Assembly: GCA_965369625.1 (NCBI GenBank)
Contig: CBDUQW010000003.1
Location: forward strand, 9,883 to 73,882
DNA length: 64,000 bases
Reading direction: 5' to 3'
From: an uncultured Thermoplasmata archaeon
GTDB lineage: Archaea; Thermoplasmatota; DTKX01; GCA-020343715
Shown here: one piece after another, positions 35,534 to 45,768 of the stretch
Position numbering within the stretch: the first letter of the stretch is position 1
How the letters are laid out: every line of letters starts with the position of its first letter
The notes under the pieces: model-generated
What the model saw: the letters and a program-made list of their open reading frames with translations, nothing else
What the model was told of the DNA's origin: nothing
Database searches by the model: none
Translations under genes and position numbers: made by a program

Positions 35534-38500
35534 ATGACGGCCAAGGACAAGGTCGGCGCGGTGATGGTCGTCGGGGGCGGCATCTCCGGGATGCAGTCCT
35601 CCCTCGACCTTGCAGAATCGGGTTTCAAGGTGTACCTGTTGGACAACAAGCCCACCATCGGAGGCGCCATGGCCCAGCTGGACAAGACCTTCCCGACCAA
35701 CGACTGCTCGATGTGCATCATGGCACCGAAGCTGGTGGAGGTCGGACGGCACGAGAACATCGAGATCGTCACCAACGCAAACGTGTCCTCGGTGGACGGC
35801 GATGTGGGGGCCTTCACCGTCACGCTGACGAAGACCCCGAGGCGCGTGGACGAGGAACTTTGCACCGGGTGCGGCATATGCTCCCAGAAGTGCCCCGTCG
35901 AGGCCATCGACATGTACAACGAGGGCCTCATGGCCCGCGCCGCCATCTACGTCGACTACCCGCAAGCGGTGCCCCTCAAGTTCCACATCGACAAGGAGCG
36001 CTGCATAGGATGCGGCATATGCGAGGGCGAGTGCCCCGCCGGTGCCATCCTCTACGACCAGGCCGAGGAGATCATGAAGCTCAAGGTGGGTTCCATCATC
36101 CTGTCCCCGGGTTTCGACGAGTTCGACCCCACCCCCCTCAGGGAGTACGGCTACGGGCGGTACCCGAACGTCGTGTCCTCCATCGAGTTCGAGCGCATGC
36201 TGTCGGCGTCCGGACCCTTCCGCGGCCTTGTCATGAGACCCTCCGATGGGAAGGTCCCCGAGAAGGTGGCCTTCATCCAGTGCGTGGGGTCGCGGGACGA
36301 GCACATCGGCCACAACTACTGCTCGTCGGTGTGCTGCATGCACGCCATCAAGGAGGCGATGATCGCCCAGGAACACACCGAGGGCCTGTCCTCCCACATA
36401 TTCTTCATGGACATCAGGGCCTTCGGCAAGGAGTTCGACGACTACGTCACCCGGGCCCGCGACGAGTTCGGAATCGGCATCACCCGGGGCAACCGTGTGG
36501 CCGACATCACCCAGAATCCCAAGACCAAGGACCTGCGGGTGCGTTACATCGAGGGTGGCGACATCAAGTACGAGAGGTTCAACCTCGTCGTGCTGTCCGT
36601 GGGCCTCCACGCCCCCAGGACGGCGAAGGACCTGTCGACTGCCTTCGGTATCGAGCTCAACCAGTACAACTTCGTGGACACCAAGACCTTCTCCCCCCTG
36701 GAGACCAACGTCCCGGGCATCTACGCTTCGGGCGCCTTCTCGGGCCCCAAGGACATCCCCACCACGGTGGCGGAGGCCTCCGGGGTGGCAGCGAAGGCCG
36801 CCGCGGACATCCATGAGGCCCGCAACACCCTCCTCACCGACGTCCAGCTCCCTCCCGAGCGTGACGTCACAGGAGAGGAACCACGCATCGGCGTGTTCGT
36901 CTGTCACTGCGGCATCAACATCGGGGGAGTCGTCGACGTACCCAGCGTGATGGAATACGCGTTGACGCTCCCCAACGTGGTGTTCTCGGACGCCAACCTC
37001 TACACCTGCTCCCAGGACACCCAGGAGCGCATACGGGAGATGGTGGAGGAGCATGACCTCAACCGCGTCATCGTCGCCTCGTGCACGCCCCGCACCCACG
37101 AGCCGCTGTTCAGGAACACCGTCAGGGAGGCAGGGCTCAACCCGTACCTCTTCGAGATGGCGAACATCCGGGACCAGTGCTCGTGGGTCCACATGCACGA
37201 GCCCGAGGCAGCCACCCTGAAGTCCAAGGAGCTGGTGAGGATGGCCGTTGCCAAGGCCCGGTTGCTCGAACCCCTGGAGAAGGCCTCCATCCCCGTGACC
37301 AACAGGGCCCTTGTCATCGGGGGCGGCGTGTCCGGCATGACCGCGGCCCTCGACATCGCGGACCAGGGTTTCACCACGTACCTGGTGGAACGCGAGAAGA
37401 AGCTCGGTGGCATTGCGAGGCGCCTCTATACCACGATAAGGGGCGACAACGTGAAGGCCGAGCTGGAGGAGATGGTGACCAGGGTCAAGGAGCACCCGAA
37501 CATCGAGCTGTTCCTCGACGCTGACGTGGACCACATCGACGGGACCGTGGGGAACTTCCTGACCATGCTGAAGGGCCATGAGGAGGCCCTCGAGCACGGC
37601 GTCGTTGTCATCGCCACCGGTGGCGTGGAGTACGAGCCCGAGGAGTACCTGTACGGGAAGGACGAACGTGTCGTCACCCAGCTCCAGTTCGAGGAGGAGC
37701 TGGCGAAGACCAAGGCCAAGAACCTCCCCTCGACGGCCGTCTTCATCCAGTGCGTGGGTTGCAGGAACGAGGAACGGCCCTACTGCAGCCGCGTGTGCTG
37801 CGGTTCCAGCGTGAAGCAGGCGCTCCTGCTCAAGGGGAAGTGCCCCGACGCCCAGGTGTTCGTGCTGTACCGCGACCTACGGACCTATGCCTTCAAGGAG
37901 GACGCCTACAGGGAGGCCGCGGAGGCGGGTGTGATCTTCATCCGCTTCGACGAGGACAGGGAGCCCAAGGTATCGAAGGGCAAGTCGAAGGACGCCCCCC
38001 TCGTGGTGACGGTCTACGAGGAGCTGCTGGAGGAGAACATCAGGATCGATGCGGACCGCATCATCCTGGCGGCTGCCATACTCCCGCCCGAGGGGAACGA
38101 GCGGATGGCCCAGCTGCTCAAGCTCCCCCTCTCCAAGGACGGGTTCTTCCTGGAGGCCCACATGAAGCTTCGCCCCCTGGACTTCGCCACCGACGGGGTC
38201 TTCCTCGCCGGCCTCGCCCACTCACCGAAGTACATCGAGGAGAGCATGGCACAGGCATCCGGCGCGGCGGCGAGGGCCGTCACCATTCTTTCGAAGGACA
38301 CGCTGCTCGCCGAGGGCGTGATCTCCTCCATCGATGCCGAGAAGTGCACCGGCTGCGGCACTTGCATCGAACTATGCCCCTACAGCGCCATCGAGCGGAC
38401 GGAGGATGACAAGGCCCATGTGATCGAGGTGCTCTGCAAGGGCTGCGGGATATGTGCGGCCAGCTGTCCCGAGCGGGCCATCGACATCCGGGGCTTCACC

Positions 38501-38554
38501 CTTGAACAGATAATCGCACAGATGTCGTCCGTGATGAACGGGGGAGGGATGTGA
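35534..38554 (+). CDS. Long two-module HdrA-like flavoprotein L2 (1006 aa)
   Basis: It has the same domain order and motifs as L1 (VVGGGISGMQSSL, DKTFPTNDCSMC, IGVFVCHCGINIGGVVD, VIGGGVSGMTAAL, CTGCGTCIELCP, CKGCGICAASCP). Confidence 0.88.
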   Translation: MTAKDKVGAVMVVGGGISGMQSSLDLAESGFKVYLLDNKPTIGGAMAQLDKTFPTNDCSMCIMAPKLVEVGRHENIEIVTNANVSSVDGDVGAFTVTLTKTPRRVDEELCTGCGICSQKCPVEAIDMYNEGLMARAAIYVDYPQAVPLKFHIDKERCIGCGICEGECPAGAILYDQAEEIMKLKVGSIILSPGFDEFDPTPLREYGYGRYPNVVSSIEFERMLSASGPFRGLVMRPSDGKVPEKVAFIQCVGSRDEHIGHNYCSSVCCMHAIKEAMIAQEHTEGLSSHIFFMDIRAFGKEFDDYVTRARDEFGIGITRGNRVADITQNPKTKDLRVRYIEGGDIKYERFNLVVLSVGLHAPRTAKDLSTAFGIELNQYNFVDTKTFSPLETNVPGIYASGAFSGPKDIPTTVAEASGVAAKAAADIHEARNTLLTDVQLPPERDVTGEEPRIGVFVCHCGINIGGVVDVPSVMEYALTLPNVVFSDANLYTCSQDTQERIREMVEEHDLNRVIVASCTPRTHEPLFRNTVREAGLNPYLFEMANIRDQCSWVHMHEPEAATLKSKELVRMAVAKARLLEPLEKASIPVTNRALVIGGGVSGMTAALDIADQGFTTYLVEREKKLGGIARRLYTTIRGDNVKAELEEMVTRVKEHPNIELFLDADVDHIDGTVGNFLTMLKGHEEALEHGVVVIATGGVEYEPEEYLYGKDERVVTQLQFEEELAKTKAKNLPSTAVFIQCVGCRNEERPYCSRVCCGSSVKQALLLKGKCPDAQVFVLYRDLRTYAFKEDAYREAAEAGVIFIRFDEDREPKVSKGKSKDAPLVVTVYEELLEENIRIDADRIILAAAILPPEGNERMAQLLKLPLSKDGFFLEAHMKLRPLDFATDGVFLAGLAHSPKYIEESMAQASGAAARAVTILSKDTLLAEGVISSIDAEKCTGCGTCIELCPYSAIERTEDDKAHVIEVLCKGCGICAASCPERAIDIRGFTLEQIIAQMSSVMNGGGM
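36248..36609 (+). repeat. 362-bp block 100% identical to 50153-50514 (L2 versus L4)
   Basis: I compared the two stretches base by base and found no mismatch. The flanks are similar but clearly diverged. Confidence 0.9.
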
Positions 38555-38555
38555 G

Positions 38556-39341
38556 ATGACGAAGGACAAGTTCGAACCGAGGATCATCGGATACCTGTGC
38601 AACTGGTGCAGCTACGCGGGGGCGGACCTGGCGGGCGTGAGCCGGTTCCAGTATCCCACGAACATCCGAGCGATAAGGGTGATGTGCTCCGGTCGGCTGG
38701 ACCCGGTAGTCATCCTGGAGACCTTCATCCGGGGGGCCGATGGCGTCATGATCGGGGGCTGCCACCTCGGCGACTGCCACTACATGGACGGGAACCACCA
38801 GGCCCAGCGGAAGATCTGGCTCACCCATGCCATTATGGAGCGTGCTGGGTTCGATCCCGCGAGGCTGAGGCTCGAGTGGATCTCCGCGTCCGAGGGCGAC
38901 CGTTTCGCCGAGGTCGTGAGCGACTTTACTGACCAGCTGACCAAGATGGGTCCCTCGCCCATCAAGGGCGAGAGGACGGACCCGGAGGTCCTTGAACGCA
39001 TCAGGGCCGCCCAGCGGGTGGTGGAGGACTTCCGCATCCGGGCGCTGATATCCAAGGAGTACAAGCTTACCACCGAGGGCAACGTCTATGGGGAGGTCCT
39101 CGAGGAGGACTACGTCAAGGACACCATCCTCGAGGCGATGGACGCCGAGTACGTCCGCAACCAGATCCTCATCCAGACCACGGACAAGGCCATGTCGGTC
39201 AAGGAGATCGCCAGCGCCATCGACGTTCCCTCCCCGAACGTGCTCAACCACGTGGTGCGGCTACGGCAGAAGAACCTCTTGACCCTTGCATCCATCGATG
39301 AGACAACCCCCAGGTACAAGGCAATGGGAGGAGGGATGTGA
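38556..39341 (+). CDS. MvhD domain fused to the C-terminal helical plus winged-helix-like extension (D2-X)
   Basis: It has LCNWCSYAGADLAG, VMCSGRLDP and GCHLGDCHY. The extension is ..FRIRALISKEYKLTTEGNVYGE.. AMSVKEIASAIDVPSPNVLNHVVRLRQKNLLTLASIDETTPRYK. Confidence 0.85.
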   Translation: MTKDKFEPRIIGYLCNWCSYAGADLAGVSRFQYPTNIRAIRVMCSGRLDPVVILETFIRGADGVMIGGCHLGDCHYMDGNHQAQRKIWLTHAIMERAGFDPARLRLEWISASEGDRFAEVVSDFTDQLTKMGPSPIKGERTDPEVLERIRAAQRVVEDFRIRALISKEYKLTTEGNVYGEVLEEDYVKDTILEAMDAEYVRNQILIQTTDKAMSVKEIASAIDVPSPNVLNHVVRLRQKNLLTLASIDETTPRYKAMGGGM

Positions 39342-42300
39342 AGATGACTGATGACAAGAAGGCCGGGAGCGGGAAGGGCCCCATCGGCTCCGTGATGGTC
39401 GTCGGGGGCGGCATCTCCGGGATGCAGTCGTCCCTGGACCTGGCGGATTCGGACATCCTCGTCTACCTGGTGGACAACAAGCCGACCATCGGCGGCGTGA
39501 TGGCACAGCTGGACAAGACCTTCCCGACCAACGACTGCGCCATGTGCATCATGGCCCCGAAACTGGTGGCCACGGGTCGACACCACAACATCCAGCTGAT
39601 AACCAACACGGACATCAGGTCCTGCGAGGGCGAGCCTGGCAACTTCAAGGTGACGCTGACCCAGAATCCCAGGAGGGTCGACCCGGAAAAGTGCACCGGT
39701 TGTGGCGTTTGCGCCCTGAAGTGCACCGTGGAGGCCATCGACGCCTTCCAGGAGAACACCATGCAGCGGGGAGCGATATACGTGGACTACCCGCAGGCCG
39801 TTCCCCTCGTCTACAAGATCGACCGGGACCGCTGCATAGGTTGCGGCGTCTGCGAGGGCGAGTGCAAGGCCAAGGCGATAGTCTACGACGAGGAGGAGAA
39901 GGAGATCGTCCTCAACGTGGGGTCCATCATCCTGTCCCCGGGTTTCGACGAGTTCGAACCGGGCAGGCTGACCGAGTACGGCTACGGTCGCTACCTCAAC
40001 GTGCTCAGCAGCATAGAGTTCGAGCGTCTCCTCTCCGCCACCGGACCCCACCGCGGCCTCGTGCTGCGCCCGTCGGACGGTGACATACCGAAGAAGGTGG
40101 CGTTCCTTCAGTGCGTGGGCTCCCGCGACGACCGCATCGATGCGGGCTTCTGCTCGTCGGTGTGCTGCATGTACTCCCTCAAGGAGGCCGTCATCGCCCA
40201 GGAGCACACCCCTGGGCTCTCCGCCCACATCTTCTTCATGGACGTTCGCGCCTTCGGCAAGGAGTTCGACGATTACGTCACCCGTGCCCAGAACGAGTTC
40301 CACATCGGTATCACCCGCCACACGCGCGTCCCGCAGGTGACGGAGGTCCCCGGGTCCCGAAACCTCATGCTCAGCTACATAGAGAAGGGAGAGCTCAGGG
40401 AGGAGGAGTTCGACATGGTGGTGCTGGCCGTGGGACTCCACGCCCCCAAGTCCGCCGGGATGATATCGGATGCCTTCGGCATCGACCTGAACAAGTACAA
40501 CTTCGCCGCAACGGGCACCTTCTCGCCCCTCGAGACCTCCCGCCCCGGTGTCTTCGTCAGCGGTGCCTTCTCGGGCCCCAAGGACATCCCCACCACGGTG
40601 GCAGAGGCCTCCGGGGCCGCCGGCAAGGCCCAGGAGATCATTTCATCGGCCAGGGGGACCCTGGTGACCGAGAAGGAGTTCCCACCCGAGATCGATGTGA
40701 TCGACCAGGAACCACGCATCGGCGTGTTCGTATGTCACTGTGGCATAAACATCGGCGGCGTGGTGGACGTGCCGGGTGTCGTGGAGTACGCCAAGACCCT
40801 CCCGGGGGTGGTGTACTCGGAGCACAACCTCTACACCTGCTCACAGGACACACAGGAGCGCATCCAGGAGCTCATCGGGGAGCATGACCTCAACAGGGTC
40901 ATCGTCGCCTCGTGCACGCCCCGGACCCACGAGCCCCTGTTCCAGAACACCATCCGCGAGGGGGGCCTCAACCGCTACCTGTTCGAGATGGCCAACATCC
41001 GGGACCAGTGCTCCTGGATCCACATGCACATGCCCGCAGAGGCCACTAGGAAGTCCAAGAGCCTCGTGCGGATGGCGGTGGCGAAGGCCACGTACCTCGA
41101 ACCCCTGGAGACCGCTGAGATCCCCGTCACCAGGGCCGCCCTGGTCCTCGGGGGCGGGCTCACCGGCCTGACCGCCGCCCTGAGCCTCGGGGAGCAGGGT
41201 TTCACGACCTACCTGGTGGAACGGGAGAAGGAGCTGGGCGGGAACCTGCGCAGGATCCGGACCACGGTGACCGGGGAGGACCCGCAGGCCAAGCTGAAGG
41301 AGCTGGTGGCCGCCGTCAAGAAGGAGCCCAACATCGAGCTCATAACGGGGGCGGAGATCGAGAACATGGGCGGATACGTCGGCAACTTCGAGACCCAGAT
41401 AAAGGGCCGCGAGGAGACCATCGAGACCGGTGCCATAATCATCGCCACTGGCGCCACCGAGATGAAGCCCGACGGGCTCTTCCTCTACGGCAAGGACAAG
41501 CGCGTGCTCACCCAGCTGGAGTTCGAGGGAGAGTTGGCCGACACCGGCAAGGCACCCAGTTCCGTGGTGATGATACAGTGCGTCGGCTCCCGGGAGGAGG
41601 ATAGGCCCTGGTGCAGTCGCGTCTGCTGCACCAACGCGGTGAAGAACGCCATCCGTGTGAAGGAGATGAGCCCCGACACCCCTGTCTACATACTGTACCG
41701 CGACCTCAGGACCTACGGCTTCAAGGAGGACTTCTACCGTGACGCCTCCGAACTGGGGGTCATCTTCATCCGCTTCGACGAGGACAAGCCCCCCAAGGTG
41801 AAGGCCACGTCGAAGGGCATCGCCGTGATGGTGGAGGACATGACCATGGGCAAGACCATAGGTCTTTCAGCAGACCGATTGGTCCTCAGCTCGGCCATCC
41901 TCCCCCAGGATGACAACGAGCTCATCGCCCAGTTCCTGAAGGTGCCTTTAAGCAAGGACGGCTTCTTCCTCGAGGCCCACATGAAGCTGCGCCCGGTGGA
42001 CTTCGCCACCGAGGGTGTCTACCTAGCAGGGCTCTGCCATTCCCCCAAGTTCATCGATGAGAGCATCGCCCAGGCCGTCGGCGCGGTGGCCAGGGCGGTG
42101 ACCATCATTTCGAAGGAGACACTGACCAGCGAGGGCATCATCGCCATGGTCAACGAGGACATCTGCGACGGGTGCGGCATCTGCCGGCCCATCTGCGAGT
42201 ACAACGCCATCGAGATAGACGACGAGAAGAAGCTCGCCATCATCAACGAGGGGCTGTGCAAGGGTTGTGGCGCCTGCGTGGGCGCGTGCCCGTCAGGCGC

Positions 42301-42385
42301 CATGGAGCAGAAGGGGTACAAGGACAACCAGCTGGTGGCGATGATCGAAGCTGCCCTAGAGGACATCGAAGAGGAGGTGATCTGA
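39338..42385 (+). CDS. Long two-module HdrA-like flavoprotein L3 (1015 aa)
   Basis: A GTG start overlaps the D2-X stop (ATG 39344 is an alternative). The motif set matches L1 and L2. The C-terminal ferredoxin has CDGCGICRPICE and CKGCGACVGACP. Confidence 0.88.
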   Translation: MKMTDDKKAGSGKGPIGSVMVVGGGISGMQSSLDLADSDILVYLVDNKPTIGGVMAQLDKTFPTNDCAMCIMAPKLVATGRHHNIQLITNTDIRSCEGEPGNFKVTLTQNPRRVDPEKCTGCGVCALKCTVEAIDAFQENTMQRGAIYVDYPQAVPLVYKIDRDRCIGCGVCEGECKAKAIVYDEEEKEIVLNVGSIILSPGFDEFEPGRLTEYGYGRYLNVLSSIEFERLLSATGPHRGLVLRPSDGDIPKKVAFLQCVGSRDDRIDAGFCSSVCCMYSLKEAVIAQEHTPGLSAHIFFMDVRAFGKEFDDYVTRAQNEFHIGITRHTRVPQVTEVPGSRNLMLSYIEKGELREEEFDMVVLAVGLHAPKSAGMISDAFGIDLNKYNFAATGTFSPLETSRPGVFVSGAFSGPKDIPTTVAEASGAAGKAQEIISSARGTLVTEKEFPPEIDVIDQEPRIGVFVCHCGINIGGVVDVPGVVEYAKTLPGVVYSEHNLYTCSQDTQERIQELIGEHDLNRVIVASCTPRTHEPLFQNTIREGGLNRYLFEMANIRDQCSWIHMHMPAEATRKSKSLVRMAVAKATYLEPLETAEIPVTRAALVLGGGLTGLTAALSLGEQGFTTYLVEREKELGGNLRRIRTTVTGEDPQAKLKELVAAVKKEPNIELITGAEIENMGGYVGNFETQIKGREETIETGAIIIATGATEMKPDGLFLYGKDKRVLTQLEFEGELADTGKAPSSVVMIQCVGSREEDRPWCSRVCCTNAVKNAIRVKEMSPDTPVYILYRDLRTYGFKEDFYRDASELGVIFIRFDEDKPPKVKATSKGIAVMVEDMTMGKTIGLSADRLVLSSAILPQDDNELIAQFLKVPLSKDGFFLEAHMKLRPVDFATEGVYLAGLCHSPKFIDESIAQAVGAVARAVTIISKETLTSEGIIAMVNEDICDGCGICRPICEYNAIEIDDEKKLAIINEGLCKGCGACVGACPSGAMEQKGYKDNQLVAMIEAALEDIEEEVI

Positions 42386-42828
42386 TGGCCGCTGCCACGG
42401 ACAAGAAGGCGGATGACAACACCTTCCGCCCGAGGATCATCGTCTTTTGCTGCAACTGGTGCTCCTACGCGGGCGCGGACCTGGCTGGCGTGAGCCGGCT
42501 CCAGATGCCCTCGGACTTCAGGGTCATCAGGGTGATGTGCTCGGGTCGTGTCGACCCCGAGCACATCCTCAAGGCCTTCTCCCTGGGCGCCGACGGGATC
42601 CTCGTGGCGGGCTGCCACCCGGCGGACTGCCACTACATCGGCGGCAACTACAGGACCCGTCGTCGCATCCCGTTGCTCCAGATCATGATCGAGCAGTTCG
42701 GGATGGACAGGTCCAGGCTGCAGCTGGAGTGGATCTCGGCCTCGGAGGGAGAACGCTTCCAGCAGGTCATCACCAACTTCATCCAGCACATCAAGGGGCT
42801 GGGCCCAAGCCCTGTAGGGGGTGGATAG
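42385..42828 (+). CDS. mvhD: MvhD-type [2Fe-2S] protein (D3, plain)
   Basis: A TGATG overlap joins it to L3. It has CCNWCSYAGADLAG, VMCSGRVDP and GCHPADCHY. It directly precedes the stand-alone X ORF and mvhGA. Confidence 0.88.
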   Translation: MAAATDKKADDNTFRPRIIVFCCNWCSYAGADLAGVSRLQMPSDFRVIRVMCSGRVDPEHILKAFSLGADGILVAGCHPADCHYIGGNYRTRRRIPLLQIMIEQFGMDRSRLQLEWISASEGERFQQVITNFIQHIKGLGPSPVGGG

Positions 42829-43216
42829 ATTGAAGAAACTCAGCGATAGGATGGACGCGGCGATGGAGGTCATGGACGACGAGCGGGTCCGCTGGCTATT
42901 GGGGAAGAAGCTCACCATCACCCGGGAGGAGAACGTCTTCGGCAAGCAGATCGCAGAGGCCAGGTACGACCTGATCCTCCACAACGCTGCCCAGGCCGAG
43001 CTTTACAGGAAGCTCATCGCAGACGAGATCCGCGACACACCGAGGTCGACCGTGGACATCGCAGAGGCGCTGGACATGGAACCCTCCGAGGTGCTCCGTC
43101 ACCTCATCGCCATGAGGAAGTGGCGATTGATCGAGGAGGCCGGGAGGAAGGACGGGTACGTCCTGTTCCGAACGATAGAACCCGCGGAAGAGACCGATAA
43201 GGGCTCAGGAGTGTGA
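42821..43216 (+). CDS. Stand-alone homologue of the X extension (helical plus winged-helix-like, 131 aa)
   Basis: ..ERVRWLLGKKLTITREENVFGKQIAE.. and PRSTVDIAEALDMEPSEVLRHLIAMRKWRLIEEAGRKDGYVLFR align by eye with the C-terminal halves of D1-X, D2-X and D4-X. The start overlaps the D3 stop. The start codon is uncertain (GTG 42821, TTG 42830 or ATG 42851). Confidence 0.7.
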   Translation: MDRLKKLSDRMDAAMEVMDDERVRWLLGKKLTITREENVFGKQIAEARYDLILHNAAQAELYRKLIADEIRDTPRSTVDIAEALDMEPSEVLRHLIAMRKWRLIEEAGRKDGYVLFRTIEPAEETDKGSGV

Positions 43217-43220
43217 ACCC

Positions 43221-44228
43221 ATGGTAGACAAGATCAAACTGGCACTATACTGGGGCGGCACCTGCGGCGGTTGCGACGTCGCGGTACTGGACATCGACGA
43301 GAACATCTTGGACGTGGCCGCCATCGCGGACATCGTCTTCTGGCCCATCGCCATGGACTTCAAGGTAAGCGACGTGGAGGCGATGGCGGATGGGGAGATA
43401 ACCTGCACCATCTACAACGGCGTCATCAGGAACACCGAGAACCTGCACATGGCCAAGCTCCTGCGGAAGAAGTCCGTCCTGATGGTGGCCTTCGGCTCGT
43501 GCGCCTGCTTCGGCGGCATCGCAGGGCTGGCCAACGTGACCAACAGGGAGCAGATCCTCCGGAAGGTCTACAAGGACACCATTTCCACGGACAACCCCGA
43601 CTTCGTCACCCCCCAGCCCGTGCTGGAGGTGCCCGAGGGTACCCTCACGCTGCCGGAACTGTTCGACACCGTGGTCTGCGTCGACGATGTGGTGGACGTG
43701 GACTACTACGTCCCCGGTTGCCCGCCCACCACCAACCTGATCATGGACTTCCTCGGGGCCGTCAAGGCCTTCGTCCTCGAGGGCACGCCCCTTCCCCCGA
43801 AGGGGACCGTCATCGCCTCGGACAAGACGCTCTGCGACGAGTGCCCGAGGGAGAAGAAGGACAAGATGCTCACCCGCATCTACAGGCCCCACGAGATCCA
43901 GATCGACCCCGAGACGTGCATCCTGGACCAGGGGGTCATCTGCCTGGGTCCGGCCACCAGGGCCGGTTGCGGGGCCAAATGTATTAATGCGAACATGCCT
44001 TGCCGCGGCTGTATGGGGCCGACAGCGGCAGTCATGGACCATGGTGGTAGCATGCTTGCCGCACTGACATCCATCCTCAACATCACCGACCGCGAGCACG
44101 AGATGTCGGAGGAGGACATCTACGAGATAGTCTCGCAGGTCAAGGACCCGTTGGGGACGTTCTACCGGTTCTCCATGCCGAAGTCGCTGCTAAAGCGCAC
44201 GGTCAAAGAGAAGAGCGGAGGGAAGTAA
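43221..44228 (+). CDS. mvhG: F420-non-reducing (group 3c) [NiFe] hydrogenase small subunit
   Basis: The N-terminus is LALYWGGTCGGCDVAVLD. Cysteine clusters are GSCACFGG, PGCPP, CDECP, CLGPATRAGCGAKC and MPCRGC. It is adjacent to mvhA. Confidence 0.9.
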   Translation: MVDKIKLALYWGGTCGGCDVAVLDIDENILDVAAIADIVFWPIAMDFKVSDVEAMADGEITCTIYNGVIRNTENLHMAKLLRKKSVLMVAFGSCACFGGIAGLANVTNREQILRKVYKDTISTDNPDFVTPQPVLEVPEGTLTLPELFDTVVCVDDVVDVDYYVPGCPPTTNLIMDFLGAVKAFVLEGTPLPPKGTVIASDKTLCDECPREKKDKMLTRIYRPHEIQIDPETCILDQGVICLGPATRAGCGAKCINANMPCRGCMGPTAAVMDHGGSMLAALTSILNITDREHEMSEEDIYEIVSQVKDPLGTFYRFSMPKSLLKRTVKEKSGGK

Positions 44229-45740
44229 ATGACTGGACCGATAATGCCAGGTGAGACCCACAAGGTGGAGGGCAAGCGGATCACGATAGATCCCATCACC
44301 CGCCTCGAGGGACACGGGAAGATAGAGATCTTCCTCGACGACGACGGGAACGTGGCCAACACGTACTTCCAGATACCCGAACTGCGGGGCTTCGAGCAGT
44401 TCTGCATAGGCAGGCCCATCGAGGAGCTGCCGCGCATCACCCCGCGCCTGTGCGGCGTGTGCCCGGGCGCCCACCACGTGGCCTCGACGAAGGCCCTGGA
44501 CCGCGTGTACAAGACCCACCCGACCCCTGCGGCCGAGCACCTCAGGCGCCTGTTCTACGAGGCGCACTTCATCCACAGCCACATCGCCCACTTCTTCGCC
44601 CTCGCGGCCCCCGACTTCGTCCTGGGTCCCGGCGCTCCCAAGGCGTCGCGCAACGTGCTGGGCGTGATCGACGCCGTCGGCCTCGAGATCGGCGGCGCCG
44701 TCCTGAAGGCCCGCTCCGACGCCCAGTGGATACAGGAGATGCTGGGAGGCAAGGCCACCCATCCCGTCAACGGCCTCCCCGGAGGCGTGAGCAAGGGCAT
44801 GAACGAGGAGGAGTGGGAGAAGGTCAAGACCATCGCCGGCGAGCTGCTGGAGTTCTCCAAGTTCACCCTCGGGAGCGTCCTGACCCCCATCGTCCTCGAG
44901 AACCAGGACTACCTCAACATCATCCTGAACAAGGACCTCTATTACCAGGAGTCCTATTACATGGGGTTGGTGGACGAGAACGACAAGGTGAACTTCTACG
45001 ACGGCACCGTCAAGGTCGTGGACCCCAGCGGCAAGGAGTTCGCCAACTTCCATCCCGACGACTACCTGGAGCACGTCTCCGAGCACGTGGAGCCCTGGTC
45101 CTACCTCAAGTTCCCCTTCCTGAAGAAGATCGGATGGAAGGGCTTCAAGGAGGGACCCGACAGCGGGATCTTCCGCGCCGCGCCCCTGGCCCGCCTCAAC
45201 GTGGCCGAGGGGATGGCCACCCCCCTGGCCCAGAAGGCCTACGAGGCGTACATCAATACCCTCGGAAAGCCCGTGCACCACACCCTGGCGATGCACTGGG
45301 CCAGGATCATCGAGCTGCTCTACTCCGCGGAGCACCTGGTGGAACTGGCCAACGACGACATCTGCCTCTCGGACGACCTGCGTGCCGAGCTGGGAGAGCC
45401 TGGCGAGGGCATCGGCATCCTCGAGGCCCCGCGCGGCACCCTCATCCATCATTACTGGGCAGACTCGGAGGGCATGACCACGGACCTCAACCTCATCGTC
45501 TCGACGGCCCACAACAACGCGGCCATCTGCATGGGGACCAAGAAGGTGGCCACCGCCCTCATCAAGGACTTCCAGGTCTCTGACGGCCTGCTGAACATGG
45601 TGGAGATGTGCTTCAGGGCGTACGACCCGTGCTTCGCCTGCGCGACACACAGCGTGCCAGGGGAGCTTCCCCTCATGATCAGCATCCGTAACGCGGACGG
45701 GACAGTGCGTGAGACCATCTCTCACAGCGGGGGCAAGTGA
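44229..45740 (+). CDS. mvhA: F420-non-reducing [NiFe] hydrogenase large subunit
   Basis: The N-terminal Ni-Fe ligand motif is RLCGVCPGAHH. The C-terminal motif is DPCFACATH, followed by a 29-aa extension expected to be removed by the maturation protease. Confidence 0.93.
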   Translation: MTGPIMPGETHKVEGKRITIDPITRLEGHGKIEIFLDDDGNVANTYFQIPELRGFEQFCIGRPIEELPRITPRLCGVCPGAHHVASTKALDRVYKTHPTPAAEHLRRLFYEAHFIHSHIAHFFALAAPDFVLGPGAPKASRNVLGVIDAVGLEIGGAVLKARSDAQWIQEMLGGKATHPVNGLPGGVSKGMNEEEWEKVKTIAGELLEFSKFTLGSVLTPIVLENQDYLNIILNKDLYYQESYYMGLVDENDKVNFYDGTVKVVDPSGKEFANFHPDDYLEHVSEHVEPWSYLKFPFLKKIGWKGFKEGPDSGIFRAAPLARLNVAEGMATPLAQKAYEAYINTLGKPVHHTLAMHWARIIELLYSAEHLVELANDDICLSDDLRAELGEPGEGIGILEAPRGTLIHHYWADSEGMTTDLNLIVSTAHNNAAICMGTKKVATALIKDFQVSDGLLNMVEMCFRAYDPCFACATHSVPGELPLMISIRNADGTVRETISHSGGK

Positions 45741-45768
45741 GGGGTGACGGTTGGTTGGGGTGGTGAAG

